Positions 26,014 to 39,980 are shown, numbered from the whole stretch's first letter. The stretch is DNA of 63,186 nt, filler included, from Octopus bimaculoides (GCF_001194135.2; 4 parts of 4 records of this genome joined end to end with filler, not necessarily neighbours in it), one strand, 5' to 3'. Notes: a model not told the origin generated them from the sequence alone. Numbers and translations: made by a program.

Positions 26014-26854
26014 ACCAGAGCATATTGAATGACTTAAAGAGAAGTAATTCAATATGATATCTGTTCTTTTAGATATACGTATATATACACACATATATTA
26101 CAAACTAAAAAGTACTACAATAACAGCAAAGAAATTGTTTCTTAAACAAGAATATACATTTTGATGTCAAGTGGAAATTGATTTGCATAGCCACACCAGA
26201 GAGGCATTCTATTAGCCGTACGTGCTGTACATTTCGCAATCGTTTGAAATTTTGTTTCAAAAGTTACTCTCCTTCATAAACCTTTGGAACAGGTTTCAAG
26301 CCACATACACAGAACCTATAAGCGCTTAAATTTTAAATCATTCGTCAGCAAAGATGAGAATGATTTTCCTGTGTGGCTGAAATATAATTTGTCATCTTTG
26401 TACTAGGTTTGGTAGCTTCTTTTGTACTGAATTTCTTGAATAATTCAACGGCTTGGATTCCTTATAATTATTCTAATATGATTTTTCTCTTATAATTACG
26501 GAAAAAAAGAATTATAATATTCACTGAGATCGATATTTTCGTAAATAATAAATATCTCGAATAATCGTTATTACAGAAACATTTCAACATTCAAATGCTA
26601 TCATTATGCCTTGTCATTAAGTCATTAAGAAGTGTTGTGTTATATCTTTTCCAGCCGTGTTTACCAACAATAATGAAAGATTTTAATCTTCCCAAACCGT
26701 CTATTATACGATAAACAGAAGAATAATCCATGAGAGTAACCCTACTTCATTAATTTTAATGATACAACGGAAAACAGCTTTTTATATTTTTTTTAAATGC
26801 TTATTAATAATTGTTTACAAAATAGTTTTTGAAAAAATTGTTTATTTTGGGAGC

Positions 26855-27110
26855 ACGTGATCTAGTAGTTACAGGTTTGGATTCACGACCGTAAAGTCAT
26901 GTTTTCGATTCCTAAACTGGTCGAGGCGTTGTGGCCTTGATCAAAGCATGTCATTTCACTGTATTCCACTATATTCTGCTGAAAATGAATAGTAGCCGAG
27001 TGCTGATGCAACCCTTTTTACTTTCAACTGTCACTCATCCGGTATTCACCTGGGTCGAGGTTGCTAAAGCCGAGTGCGTGCGTATGCATGTTAGTGACAA
27101 CATAGATATC
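26855..27110 (+). mobile_element. tRNA-derived SINE family D, degenerate
   Basis: GTGATCTAGTAGTTA..GTTTTCGATTCC..TGTGGCCTTGATCAAAGCA, the same layout as 46180-46385. Confidence 0.55.
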
Positions 27111-27762
27111 TCAAACAATTAGCCAACGCATGACTCATGTTACTGAGTCGTATTTTTTCACGAGTGACGACTATGCTTTTCTGTAACAAAGAAGTACCTC
27201 AGTATAGCCGTAGCTCATCGAATGAAACCAGTAAAAAAAGTGCAGTTAACCATTACTCAGTTATACACAGTACACACATCAAGTGAAAGCCAAATATTTA
27301 TTTTCTGCAGTATAGAATTCCGTTCTTCAATTTTGACTATCTAAAAATCAGCTAGATATTTACGATAGACATGGGGAAGAGTTGTTCTTAAACCCGCTTT
27401 CATAAAATTTTTGGCACCCCTATCTTCTGCTATTTTTAAAATCACAGCCATTTACTATATAATTATATGGTGTAAGATTACCTTCACTCTTATTCTCTTT
27501 CTTTTTTCTACTACTATTCTCCTATCTCTATTCTTTTACATAGATGCATTATTCAACCAATCTTGTTTCTGATGAATCCGCAAAAAAAAAAAAAAATGTA
27601 CAAAAATAATTGCATTAAAATAATAAAATAATATTCCTAAATTGTTCAGCTTCATACATTACCTTTTTTANNNNNNNNNNTGTATTGCGTACTTTGTAAG
27701 CATTACTGTTTCTTTGTATATCTGTATACATACATACATACATACATACATACATACATACA

Positions 27763-27798
<36 letters not shown>

Positions 27799-27940
27799 TG
27801 TCTATATGTATACAGGTACATATATGCGTATGTGTATTAATATGTATATATATGTACATGTATAAATATATATACATGTATACATGTATATATATATACA
27901 AATATATATATACATACATATATGTACATATATATATATA

Positions 27941-27982
<42 letters not shown>

Positions 27983-29151
27983 CACATATACATACATAAA
28001 TATAAATACATATACACACACACAAATATATATGATATGCACACACAGGCAAAACTAATAGCGAGGATGCTCCTCAGTAGCAGATTGTATGTGGTTTTAT
28101 ACGCGATTAACTAAATAGTAAGAATTTTTTTTTAAGTATGATATCGCAATGCTACAAGAATGAACTCCATTATTACTTTAACTATTTCTCTCTCTCATTT
28201 TAATTCCTTCTTTCTCTTTCTATAAGATGTGTATATGTGTTCGTGTTTTTGTGTGTATATACGTAAATCTTTATATACACACACATTCACACACACAGAA
28301 ATATGACGAAGTAAATTATCTAAAGTGTTATATTTGCGATATATTTTTACTTCTCTATAATCATTTAGTTTTACAGTAAAAACCACCACTTATCAAATAC
28401 TAAAAAGTAAACACAAACACAGAACAAACATACAAAAATATAATGAAACAAAAGAAATACAAATTAAAAAGAAATCAAAGTGAAGCAAGAAATCATCATC
28501 ATCATTAACAGCAACAACAAACAACTGACGAACCCCTCCCGAAAAAAGTAAACAAAACACTCAAATACGAATACACAAATCCCAACAGAAACAGTGACAA
28601 TAACACATCTACTGACAAAATAGATGGAAGTTTAGATCAGTAAATGAAAGATGAAAAACGTTTTAATGAAACAAGCGGGATGTATCGAAGATTAAGAAGA
28701 CTTACGATATAATGTCACCATCATCATTATCCTCAGTCGCTACTACAACTACTACAACAACTATCACATTACCATTTATAACTCTAATGCGTCTTCCCTC
28801 CACTTTTGCTGCCATTTTGAAAACAGCAGCAATGAAAATAGCAATAACAGCAGAAATAACTTCATAACTTTCGATCAAAGAAGCCATAGTTATGAATACT
28901 GTCACTTGAATTAAATTAATTATGTTTTTTTTTTCATAACTCAATTTTCATATCTTTGTTGTTGTAATTTATCGTTACTGTTATTTCTATGGTATTACAT
29001 TGAGCGTAACTAAGAATGGTGGATGGGGAAATCGGTAGGTTGATGGGCAAAAATAACTTGCGCTATTTAGCTATAGTCTTCAGTTTCTCCGTTCAATTCC
29101 AACCGCTGTTTATAATGTATTTAAATTTTTTTTTCAGGGTTCGAAAAAATG

Positions 29152-29340
29152 CGATGGGGTGCTGAAAAGTTCTTGGCATTGGATATCAGAAAATACGGGA
29201 GGATCAATTATTTATGATTGTATTCAACGTATTACCTTCTCAGATTCACACATTTATTGCAGCGGTCCTTCAATTTTTCTAAGCCCCGTAAAAGAACTTG
29301 GAAGTTTGGGCATCCAACCAGGCCTTTCGCCATACCCTTA
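29152..29340 (+). mobile_element. Mariner-like element 5' end fragment
   Basis: GATGGGGTGCTGAAAAGTTCTTGGC resembles a mariner TIR start, followed by CTTCTCAGATTCACACATTTATTGCAGCGG. Confidence 0.55.
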
Positions 29341-30084
29341 AAGCCGGGAACTTTTCAGTACTTCTTCGTAAATACCAGCAAAATACTGGTTGAAATATCA
29401 ATGTTTATAGTACTACTGTTAGAAATCCTTAATATCATAGTGTTACAACTTTACAATCACTTGGTAGCAGAAATAGTACAGCGTATATAAAAGTATCTTG
29501 AAATACTTATTTAGACTCGTTTACTGTCTAAATTAAAATGACATCGGATACAAATTTGCCTTCTACCTCTTCAAAATCAATAGCATACTAGCCCTATCAT
29601 GTACTATAGTATTTTAAATCTCACTGCCTCTCCCCATCAAAATATCGACGCTCTTGCTATTGTAAAAATAATTATTCATATGATTAGAGCGGTAAATGAC
29701 AAGATAAATATATAATTATGTGTATATTCATGGATGTAATGGATGATGCACACGTTGAGAAGGAACAAACGATGCTTAATTTTCTGGAAAGATTTTAAGT
29801 CACGTATTAGGATAAATATCTAAACTGAGATGATGTAAAATGGTATAGTGTTATCAATTCAGAATTTCCTATACAGATACGGAAATTCGTTTGACCGGTC
29901 ATGGCTGATATTTGCAGTGCCCGATAAAACTTTCCTCTAGTGTATTGATGGAATAAGTCTTTATACCTAATAACTGCTATTACTTATATAGATTTTGTTG
30001 GAGTCTAAATTTTAAATATTACCAGCTTAAATAATGACTTGTTCTATCTTTTATTTCTCCCTGAACAAATTCTAAACGTAAATA

Positions 30085-31196
30085 AAAAACTAAACTATAG
30101 AAGTGTGCTTGCCGAATTATTCAGCGTTGGCAAAAGTGCTTGGTAGATAGTTAGAGCCATAAAGTATGCCAAATCTACTGTTTTTAAAGTTGTAGCCAAT
30201 TTGAAGAAAAGGAAGGATGTTCATAGAAAGGCTCACCGAAAACGCATAACTCGCTTTTTAACAGGAATTAAAAGATCGAATGAGTTGAACCCATGAAAAT
30301 CGATGGCGAAGTTGGCTCAAGATCGAGGAATCAGTAAAATGACCGGTTCTAGGACTGTGAGAAAGACCTCCATATATGAAATTGTACGTAAAGAGACACC
30401 GTAACATTCTAACTACCTGCTCCAAAGCTATTCGAACTGAAAGAAGTCCTAAACGTCTTTGTCACCTGAAACATAGTGGCGGAGACGTCCACAGTTTCGT
30501 GCATGAAAAAAAATTTCAAGGTAGATGAAGTTGCAAACCATTAAGACACACGAGGGATAGCGTACAACCATTCACAAGTTCCTTCAGCTATGCATAGCAA
30601 GAATCCGGCTTCCATTATGGTCTTTGGAGCTGTTGCAAGTGATGGGAGATTGATGCTTCCCCATTTTATTGAAGTGGGTCTTAAAATCAACACAGCAAAG
30701 TATCTCAAAATCTTAAAAGAAGTTTTGTTGCCTTGATTCAAGAGGTATTATGATGCAAGTCGAGTCATGTTTGTACAGGATTCTGTGCCTGCCCATTTTT
30801 CAAAACGAGTGCAAGAACTTGAAGAAGGAATTGCCCATTTTTGTCCCTAAAGGTATCTAGCCCTCTAGCTCACCAGATTTGAACCCGTGTGATTCTTTGC
30901 TATGTGGCACAGGTGAAGCAATATCCAACGCAGCTTATCACGGCTGTGTGTCTTCACTGAAGGCCTCGATCAAACGATCATTCGGCAAAATTAAATAGGA
31001 AGAAATAATTAAGGTCTGCACCTCATTTTGTAAACGGATTGAACCGGTAAAGAAAGCAAATGACGGTCACATTAAACTGAAATAAATGCTAAACACTCCG
31101 CAATAAATTGGCACAAACATAAAATTTGCAGTGTTTGATTTTTCCGAGTTATACCAATTATAATAAAAATATTTAAATGGTCCCAATTTACCTGTA
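30085..31196 (+). mobile_element. DD37D (maT) Tc1/mariner transposase pseudogene
   Basis: KSTVFKVV, KSMAKLAQDRGIS, SKNPASIMVFGAVASDG, KINTAKYLKIL, MFVQD(30779)SVPAH..PSSSPDLNPCD(30891). The two Asp are 112 nt apart, giving 37 intervening residues once a 2-nt deletion is restored. Confidence 0.88.
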
Positions 31197-31958
31197 CCGT
31201 GTTACTTATCCTGTTTTCCATTTTTTCTCTCGTTTGCATATTTAACTCGTTTATTTTCGTACTTCATGTTGCTTACATAAGTGGTGATGTCCTGTACCCA
31301 TATATATATATATATTACTTATATTATTATTTAATTGAACGCCATGCATCCATTTCAAAGTGAGTTTAACTTAACCATTTTGATTCGACTCTACTCTATA
31401 CTGTTTCCCCCATCCTTCTCTAATTCCTTTTTCTCCGCTTTACCGTCTTCTATCTGTCTATCTGTCTCCCTCCCCCTTTCTCTTTTTCTCTCTCTCGTTG
31501 CTCACACGTGACCGTCGTCCATCTTTCTTTTCGTCACGTGACCATCTTTCTTTTCATGCATGACGTTCTAAGGACTGGACGTTTTCTTTCTTTCTCCTCT
31601 GTGTTTCCTCTTTTCAACGAAGATATTTTCCTCTTGTTCTAGTCTAACGACCCTCCATGTTTGTTTTCGTTCGGTTTCCTTGTATGTCTCCACTGTCCTG
31701 TTTCGGTTCTCAAATTTGACCCTCCATAAATTCAACATTTTATTTTGGAATTTATGGGAGCACTCTGTCTTTGAAGACTTATATTGTCGTTGAATGCTCG
31801 AAATGAAGAGTAGATGGACAGTCGACAACTGATGAAGGTTCGTTTTCCGTGTTACTTGTCTTGTTTTCCATTTTTTCTCTCGTTGTTTGCGTATTCAACT
31901 CGTTTGCTTTCGTGCTTCATGCTGTTTACACTGTTGGTGATGTCCTGTACCCATATAT
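31197..31958. mobile_element. Penelope-like element remnant bounded by ~110-bp direct repeats (pseudo-LTRs)
   Basis: 31197-31305 and 31847-31958 are near-identical (CCGTGTTACTT.TC.TGTTTTCCATTTTTTCTCTCG..GGTGATGTCCTGTACCCATATAT). CTGATGAAGG half-core at 31829. Confidence 0.7.
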
Positions 31959-32207
31959 GCATATATATATATTATTTATATTATATATATATATATATAT
32001 ATGTGTGTATGTGTGTATATGTGTGTCTGTGCGCGCGCGCGTATGTATATATGCATACATATATTTATATGTGTGTGTGTCTTGCACATATGGTTGTGAT
32101 GCATGTGCCTGGTGTACTCTTATTAGACGGGTAGTCATGATAGGTATACCGGGCTTCGTATATTTTACCCCAGTGTCCCTTTGGTGGCATGCACTGCTCT
32201 CTCACTC

Positions 32208-32242
<35 letters not shown>

Positions 32243-32273
32243 GATAATAATAAAGATAATAATAATAATAAAG

Positions 32274-32365
<92 letters not shown>

Positions 32366-32409
32366 AAACATAATCATAAATTTATATATATATATATATA
32401 CACAAAAGT

Positions 32410-33096
32410 TTTATAATTATAAGCATAATTATAAGTGGGGCTTAGCAAAAATTGCTTCACCAGATACCGAAATTTAGAAATAGCAGTTAAACCACTATTC
32501 CACTACCATAATATATCTCCCAGACAGCATAACTCGCAACGCACACACGCAAAGAGAAAAAAATAACGAATCCACCCGGCTTCGTGTACGCGTTTCAGGA
32601 TTAAAGAGATGTAAAAATATATTACTCAACTTACTTCCATCATCAACAGAGTATTTCAAAATTATAAATCCGAGAATGCTAATAATTAAGAATATGCATT
32701 CGACCAAGCGCCATCGAACATCCTATATCTAAAAACCACCATTTCCGAATTCATATAGACGAGTAAGAAACTCGTATTCCTCCTCAATCACCCACGTGCG
32801 TTACGAGTAATCCCGCAGAAGCTGCGGTTAACTATCAGGGAGTGAATTATTTTATCAATACAGATATTGGGTAAAATTAATAATTAATAATTAATAATTT
32901 TACCAAATAGTTCGGTATGTTAAAGAACCATTATCGGTAAACTTATACAGAAGCTTTATAATTATAAGCATAATCATAATTAGTGTTTAGCAAAAATTGC
33001 TTTACCACATTCCGAAATTTAGAAATAGCAGTTAAACCATGATGATGGAAGTAAGTTGAGTAATATATTTTTACATCTCTTTAATCCTGAAACGCG
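32410..33096. mobile_element. Penelope-like element with direct plus inverted terminal segments
   Basis: 85-bp direct repeats 32410-32494 and 32955-33039. Perfect 57-bp inverted repeat 32589-32645 / 33040-33096 containing TGATGA..GAAACGCG. Confidence 0.7.
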
Positions 33097-33230
33097 CACC
33101 TTCTTATGGGACCACTAGCACTTTATTATTTCCCTTCATTCAACCTCTTTTTTATTATCTCCCTTTCTTTCAACCTCTTTTCTCCCAATCATTCGCTATA
33201 CTGGATCGCTGAAATCTACAAGTTTTTTTC

Positions 33231-33337
<107 letters not shown>

Positions 33338-33350
33338 ATTTTCTCTATTC

Positions 33351-33480
33351 CTTTTTGTTGAAGAGCGTATGCTCTTGAAGTAAAAGACTTTTTCATTTTC
33401 CCCTAGCATCAAACTAATACAACTTGCTTGTTGTTCATACACCTATCTTCGTCTTTTGTTTTTCTATAAATTTCAACTAT
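33351..33480 (+). mobile_element. Penelope-type terminal repeat with decayed hammerhead-like core
   Basis: TGTTGA-A-GAGC-GTAT-GCTC then decayed; the tail ..CTTCGTCTTTTGTTTTTCTATAAATTTCAAC(TA)n is shared with 36612-36720. Confidence 0.55.
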
Positions 33481-34059
33481 ATATATATAAAGTTTGGTTT
33501 GCCGTATAAACGTAAAAATCCAGGTGAAGCATATTTAGAGTTTAGTAATAACTTTACTGCCTTATTCAGAATCACTTGAAATAAAGAAGGAAGCGGAGAG
33601 AGAAAGAGAAATCGTTTTTGAGTAAATTTTATGAAAATTTAATCTATTTACATATTGGAAAACTCGATCCATTAATAAACGACTGAATAGATTCTATGCT
33701 GTCACTTGCCCAGAAAGAAATAGTAGCCCGATCGCCATTGTCTTGTTAGAAAGTGCAGCTACATCTCAAATGTGGATGGATAATGCGGTTCTAGGTATAT
33801 TGCATATATGAAAAAGCCATGCTAGGAACTCGTTTGATAGATTTGCTTGGTCAGGAATGATTTAAGACTGGATAAAATCAACAACCGATTCAGTCTGAAA
33901 CTCAATTTTCATTTTTTCCATATCTCTGGAAAACGACGTACCATCTGCAAAAAAAAAAAAAAAAATTCTGCAATACAACGTTATCTCTATTAAAAACACT
34001 TTTGTTAAACAGAAAACTAATTATCTTTATTCAAGATATTCACATAGCAATAATTCAAA

Positions 34060-35787
34060 AAATATACTAGCAGTTCACCAAACATCGATCATTCCAAATT
34101 ATACTAAAATCAGACCGACAAACCTTTTACAACGGGGGTGATCGCATAATACACATTAAAAAAAAAATTGCATTTAACACAGACATCACAAATGACTTAC
34201 GTAAACTTAAAAAGAACGATATTAGACTTGCAGGTTTTTCAAAATTTAAACTGCCAACAAAAAAACATTAATATAATAAACGCAGATATAACACCAATGA
34301 CCTCACCAATCATCCGGCCAAGTTATTTACACAGTACATACAACACTTTAGAATTCTCAAAAGCATTATCATTCGGAAGAGCCTCTATGCACCGAATACC
34401 TCCGATTTTCAAAAAGTATAGATAACAAGAGACGCGACGTAATACCATCGTAACTAGCCTCTCTTTTACATCTTAAACAATACACATCAATACACCCGCT
34501 AGCACATACATACATACATACATACATACATACATACACACACATCTCACTCAGCCAAATACAGCTCTACTCCAGACATTATCTTCTTCTCTTTACACAT
34601 AGCCACCACGGTCACTTGTGAAGCAATTCCTCGAACCATCTACCAGTTATCGCCACACCAGACTTGCACATCAATGGAGAAACCAAAAGCACTTTTATAA
34701 ACTTCAAAAGAGCACAATGGAACTAGCTCAACTTGAAAAGTAAAACAGACAAAAAACAAAATAAAAACAATAATACTATCAACATTTTCAGAATTCAACA
34801 CCACCACAATCACCAATAAAAGTTACTACAGTATATACACTAAAAATAATTATAGATGCCTCTAAAAATATTTCCCACAAGGTAGCATAAAATATAATCC
34901 CAATTATTCATCAGAAATAACCAGCATCATAAAAATCAGAGACAACCAAAACACATTACAAATAAAAAAGAAAAAAGAACTGTACAACCGAAATAAAACT
35001 CGGCATCAAACAACTAAAGAAAAGTGGAAAACATAAAAGAAGCAAGCAAAAAAAAACTTAAAAGAGCAGAAAACTGAGAAACATTTGTATCCAACATATA
35101 CCGCAAAAACATTATATAAAGTAATTATCATCATCGTCATCGTCATCATCACCACCATCTTCATCGTCGTCCTCGTCGACTTTATCATCATCGTTATCAT
35201 CATCATCATCATAATCTTCATCTTCATCATCATCATCGTCGTCGTTTACAATAACAGCAATATATTATTACTGTCAGCTCACATCAATATCTGTGAATTT
35301 TTTGACGCCACTTACGTAAAAAAGAAATAAATTATAAAACAGAAAATATTCAAAAATGAAAAAATCCAACGCCCTCTTAAGTAACAACGTCTAACGCTGG
35401 CAAATAAATTACTTGCGAGGCTAGCGAGGTTTTGTACACTAGACGACTAACACTAACAGTTTGTTGTTACAGTTAGCTTCGACATTAACGGTCGCTGTCA
35501 TTATGTGACAATTTTCCGAGTGGCGTACTATAGGGACCAGTGTTAACAGCCTCTCTTTTTAACCATTCACACTTTCAACGCTTTCGCAATACATTCAGAC
35601 AGCCTCACATGCAGATGGTAGCACAGTCACAACCTCCGACCATTTCCAAGACACAGTGTTTCACAACTACTCCAACCCTGTTTAAATCACTATGAAAGTT
35701 TGCCTCACAGCACTTACAAAACCCATTTCCTGTTAGTTGCAACATCAATCCGAGAGGTATTGGTATAAGACCCAAAGAGTGTATATA

Positions 35788-35821
<34 letters not shown>

Positions 35822-36260
35822 GGCTAGGTATATGTCTGTATATATATATATGTGTGTGTGTATATGTGTACATATTCGCAAGTATATATGTGAGAGCATG
35901 CGTACGTATGCCGTTATACTTTCTTTCCTCCTCTCCTATTCCCACCTATCACTAGCCTATCACATACGTCTATTTATAGTAATTTGCTGTCCTTGTATTC
36001 TTCCCTCCACCTCAAATTTTACTGCCAAAACTACTACTCACTTTGGTATCACCCCACCCATACCTTTTCTCTACCCATCCCTTAATGCAGCTCTGTAATA
36101 TCACCCCTACTCACATATCTCACATTCTTTTACTCCTTACCTTCTCATGTCTTCCTATCCCGCCACCAGAACTCTCTCATCCTCCCATCACATTTTATTG
36201 ACCACCAACTAACACTCCCTTTCTCACTTCTTTCACCCTTTCTTCACTTTTTCGCTATGT
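34060..36260 (+). mobile_element. Heavily decayed APE-type LINE (I/Jockey-like): endonuclease and RT remnants split by microsatellites
   Basis: Across frameshifts: PNYT..SDR..GG..HIKK.IAF, INIINADITP, STPDIIFFSLHIATT, TFINFKRAQW. RT motifs GVL*GPVL (QG block) and a YADD-like ADGSTVT at about 35520-35640. Confidence 0.6.
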
Positions 36261-36479
36261 GATTTTTTCTCTTCTTTTTCTTTTTTCTCTCTTTCTTCCT
36301 CTCATTTTCTCTTCTTGTTTTAAATTTGACCTATCCCCTCTCTAATCATACACATCTCTCCTCCCTCCACCTATCCACAAATACTACTAATATATTCTCA
36401 AATTTTCATTTACACCACAAAATACTTTCGAACGAGCAACACTAATTCCTACTCTTTTATCTTCCCTTCTTCCTAGCTC

Positions 36480-36694
36480 TCCTGTCTGATCACCTCTGTC
36501 CGGCATTCGCCATGATTGATCACTAGCCACTAAACCATTTTTTAATTTTCTTTCTCTCCTTATTTCTGTGTTCTTTTCTGTTGAAGAGCGTAGGCTCGAA
36601 ACGTAAAAGACTTCCTCACTTCCCGAGTGTTAAACAAATACACCTGCTTATTGTTTACACACCCGTCTTCGTCTTTTGTTTTTTTTATAAATTC

Positions 36695-36710
<16 letters not shown>
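36480..36710 (+). mobile_element. Penelope-type terminal repeat with hammerhead-like core (36574-36611)
   Basis: TTTT-CTGTTGA-A-GAGC-GTAG-GCTC-GAAA-CGTA-AAAGAC: perfect 4-bp stem II, palindromic ACGT, core A6 replaced by T. Confidence 0.6.
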
Positions 36711-36730
<20 letters not shown>

Positions 36731-37346
36731 CATCATCATTATCATCATCATCATCATCATCATCAACAATAACAACAACAACAACACTAACAGTCGGGCT
36801 GAGGCTATAGTTGAAGACGTTTGCCCAAGGTCCCGCGCAGTGAGACTGAACCCCAAAATGGGTTCTTAACACACAGTCACGCCTGGCACAAACAAAACAA
36901 GTACAAAACAGTATTTTGAGTTCAGAATCTCTTAGTAGTCTGACTGAAATTTTCATCCTTTCGGGTTCGATAAAACATTTATCAGTTATATAGGTGTTTC
37001 GACTAATATGGCTGCAACTTTCTGCAGATTCATGACCCCGTGCTAATGTTAGTAATTATAAAGATACATGTGTATCCAAAACATATAGCTGTTTTTGAAT
37101 TTGTCTGTGATCGAACTGACTTATAATCGTTTCAGGTATGATCATCACAATTCCTTTCTTATATACAACTCTAGGGTGCAATTTCAGGAAAATTTGGTTT
37201 CTATTTCTAGCAGCTCGATCGACAACACAGGGACTGTTGAAAAAATATGGTCGATCTGGACCGTTGACAGCTCCCATATCTTCATATTCCGGCTTCGAGT
37301 CATAAAACCTACCCAAAGACACCTGATTGTCTTCTTTTTACACGCC

Positions 37347-37347
<1 letters not shown>

Positions 37348-37415
<68 letters not shown>

Positions 37416-37723
37416 ATCTATCTATTTTATCTATCTACCTATCACTGTTTCACTATTACATAGACACAAATTGTACGTACACATATGAACAAACATATAG
37501 GTTTAGACACTCTTCTTCTTCTTCTTCTTCTTCTTCTTCTTCTTCTTCTTCTTCTTCTTCTTCTTCTTCTTCTTCTTCTTCTTCTTCTTCTTCTTCTTCT
37601 TCTTCTTCTTCTTCTTCTTCTTCTTCTTCTTCTTCTTCTTCTTCTTCTTCGTTACCAACTACCACCACCACCATGTCTTTCCGTCTTTTCTTTTCCTTCT
37701 CTGTCTTCTTTCTTCTCGTTGTC

Positions 37724-37795
<72 letters not shown>

Positions 37796-37797
37796 CA
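37348..37797. repeat. (CTAT)n, (CTT)n and (TAT)n microsatellites
   Basis: Direct reading; source of poly-E, poly-L and poly-Y ORFs. Confidence 0.95.
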
Positions 37798-39737
37798 CCA
37801 CCATCTTCTTGATCTTCAATCTTTTGAAGACGACGATAGATATCAGCTTGTAAATCAGTTCGTGTCTAGCTAGTTTTTAAATGTTNNNNNNNNNNNNNNN
37901 NNNNNNNNNNNNNNNNNNNNNNNNNNNNNNNNNNNNNNNNNNNNNNNNNNNNNNNNNNNNNNNNNNNNNNNNNNNNNNNNNNNNNNNNNNNNNNNNNNNN
38001 NNNNNNNNNNNNNNNNNNNNNNNNNNNNNNNNNNNNNNNNNNNNNNNNNNNNNNNNNNNNNNNNNNNNNNNNNNNNNNNNNNNNNNNNNNNNNNNNNNNN
38101 NNNNNNNNNNNNNNNNNNNNNNNNNNNNNNNNNNNNNNNNNNNNNNNNNNNNNNNNNNNNNNNNNNNNNNNNNNNNNNNNNNNNNNNNNNNNNNNNNNNN
38201 NNNNNNNNNNNNNNNNNNNNNNNNNNNNNNNNNNNNNNNNNNNNNNNNNNNNNNNNNNNNNNNNNNNNNNNNNNNNNNNNNNNNNNNNNNNNNNNNNNNN
38301 NNNNNNNNNNNNNNNNNNNNNNNNNNNNNNNNNNNNNNNNNNNNNNNNNNNNNNNNNNNNNNNNNNNNNNNNNNNNNNNNNNNNNNNNNNNNNNNNNNNN
38401 NNNNNNNNNNNNNNNNNNNNNNNNNNNNNNNNNNNNNNNNNNNNNNNNNNNNNNNNNNNNNNNNNNNNNNNNNNNNNNNNNNNNNNNNNNNNNNNNNNNN
38501 NNNNNNNNNNNNNNNNNNNNNNNNNNNNNNNNNNNNNNNNNNNNNNNNNNNNNNNNNNNNNNNNNNNNNNNNNNNNNNNNNNNNNNNNNNNNNNNNNTAT
38601 ATATATATATACATTATATATATATGCATATAATATATACATATATATATAATATATAATATATGCATTTAATATAATACATATACATATATATAATGTA
38701 TAATACATAATATATGTATATATGATATATATATATATAATATATTATATATATATATTATATTTATATATATATTATATACATATATTATATATATTAT
38801 ATATACGTATATATATATATATATGTATGTCTATACATATATATTTGTATATATGTGTATATATACATATAAATATGTATATTTATATATATGTATGTAT
38901 ATACTTTATATATGTATATATGTGTGTATACATATATATATATATGTATATTTATAGCTACACATATGTATATACACACATATATACTACCACTCACAGA
39001 GACATATATGAATTCAAGAAAAATTTGTAAGATAGGGTAGTGCGGTGTATATTATATAGTAATAACACTTACGTCAGTTCATAAGTAGTTGTAGGTTTGT
39101 AGAATTGAGGATAAGCTTACAGTGAATAGAAATTGTGTATCAGTTTCAAATCGCGTACATAAATTAATTACGCACACACAGAACACACCCGAATGTCTAC
39201 ACAATCACATATACATTTTAATACCCATAAGACCAAACATTCATCCCAATGTTTACACAACTACGTGAAGTTTACAGGACACACATACACGCATATGAAA
39301 ACATGTGTCACAAACGAAGCAAAAAAAAAAAAAGAAAATACAAAACAAAATATTTTTTTTATTTTTCGGACTAATACCGAGTAAACAGTCATAAGTTTTG
39401 AAAACACCACAAAAAATATACCCGGAAATAAATCTATCAACAACAAAAAGAACACTACCATTTGCGGTCATACAAAAGACTATATTTAGTAAATCTTAAA
39501 ACTTTATTATCTACAATTCATTTTCTTTTCTTTTTGACTCTCCCTGAGTATTCGAAAATGTAAACATCTTTTCATTGCAAAAGTTCTACTGTATCCTCCA
39601 ACTAGACAGACAGACGAACATCTCAAGAAAACTTTAAAACTTTAATGTATTACCCAAATGCGTAAACAGATTTTATTGCAACAGCACAACTGAATTCATC
39701 AATTCAAAAAATTCAACGACGTGAATATCAGTATATG

Positions 39738-39806
<69 letters not shown>

Positions 39807-39944
39807 GCTTTTTCTACCAGTAATTACAGATGGAACAGGTTGAATTGCTTCTTTTCAAGGCAGCGCGCTCAGTGGTCACTGGTAGTAGTAAACGCATTTG
39901 ACCTCTGCTGACCCAAAGGGTGCGAAGATACTTTTGTCTCTATA

Positions 39945-39980
39945 GCTGACTTCCCCGCCATCTGCCGAAACTATTTATAG
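39945..39980 (-). promoter_or_regulatory. Possible TATA + Inr core promoter on the minus strand
   Basis: Minus strand TATAAATAG (39979-39971) and TCAGCT with A at 39947, 32 nt downstream, in a short non-repetitive CpG-containing island. Confidence 0.3.

Noticed and set aside
28702-28944. Minus-strand ORF ending near a GTAAGT donor-like site (28705)
   Set aside because: The second half is degenerate (GTA/GTT/GAT)n repeat; weak acceptor and no family resemblance.
37056-37322. 88-aa minus-strand ORF with protein-like composition
   Set aside because: Its middle is a copy of the dispersed TTTGG..CTATTTCTAGCAG repeat motif; no ATG start or convincing splice sites, and no recognisable domain.
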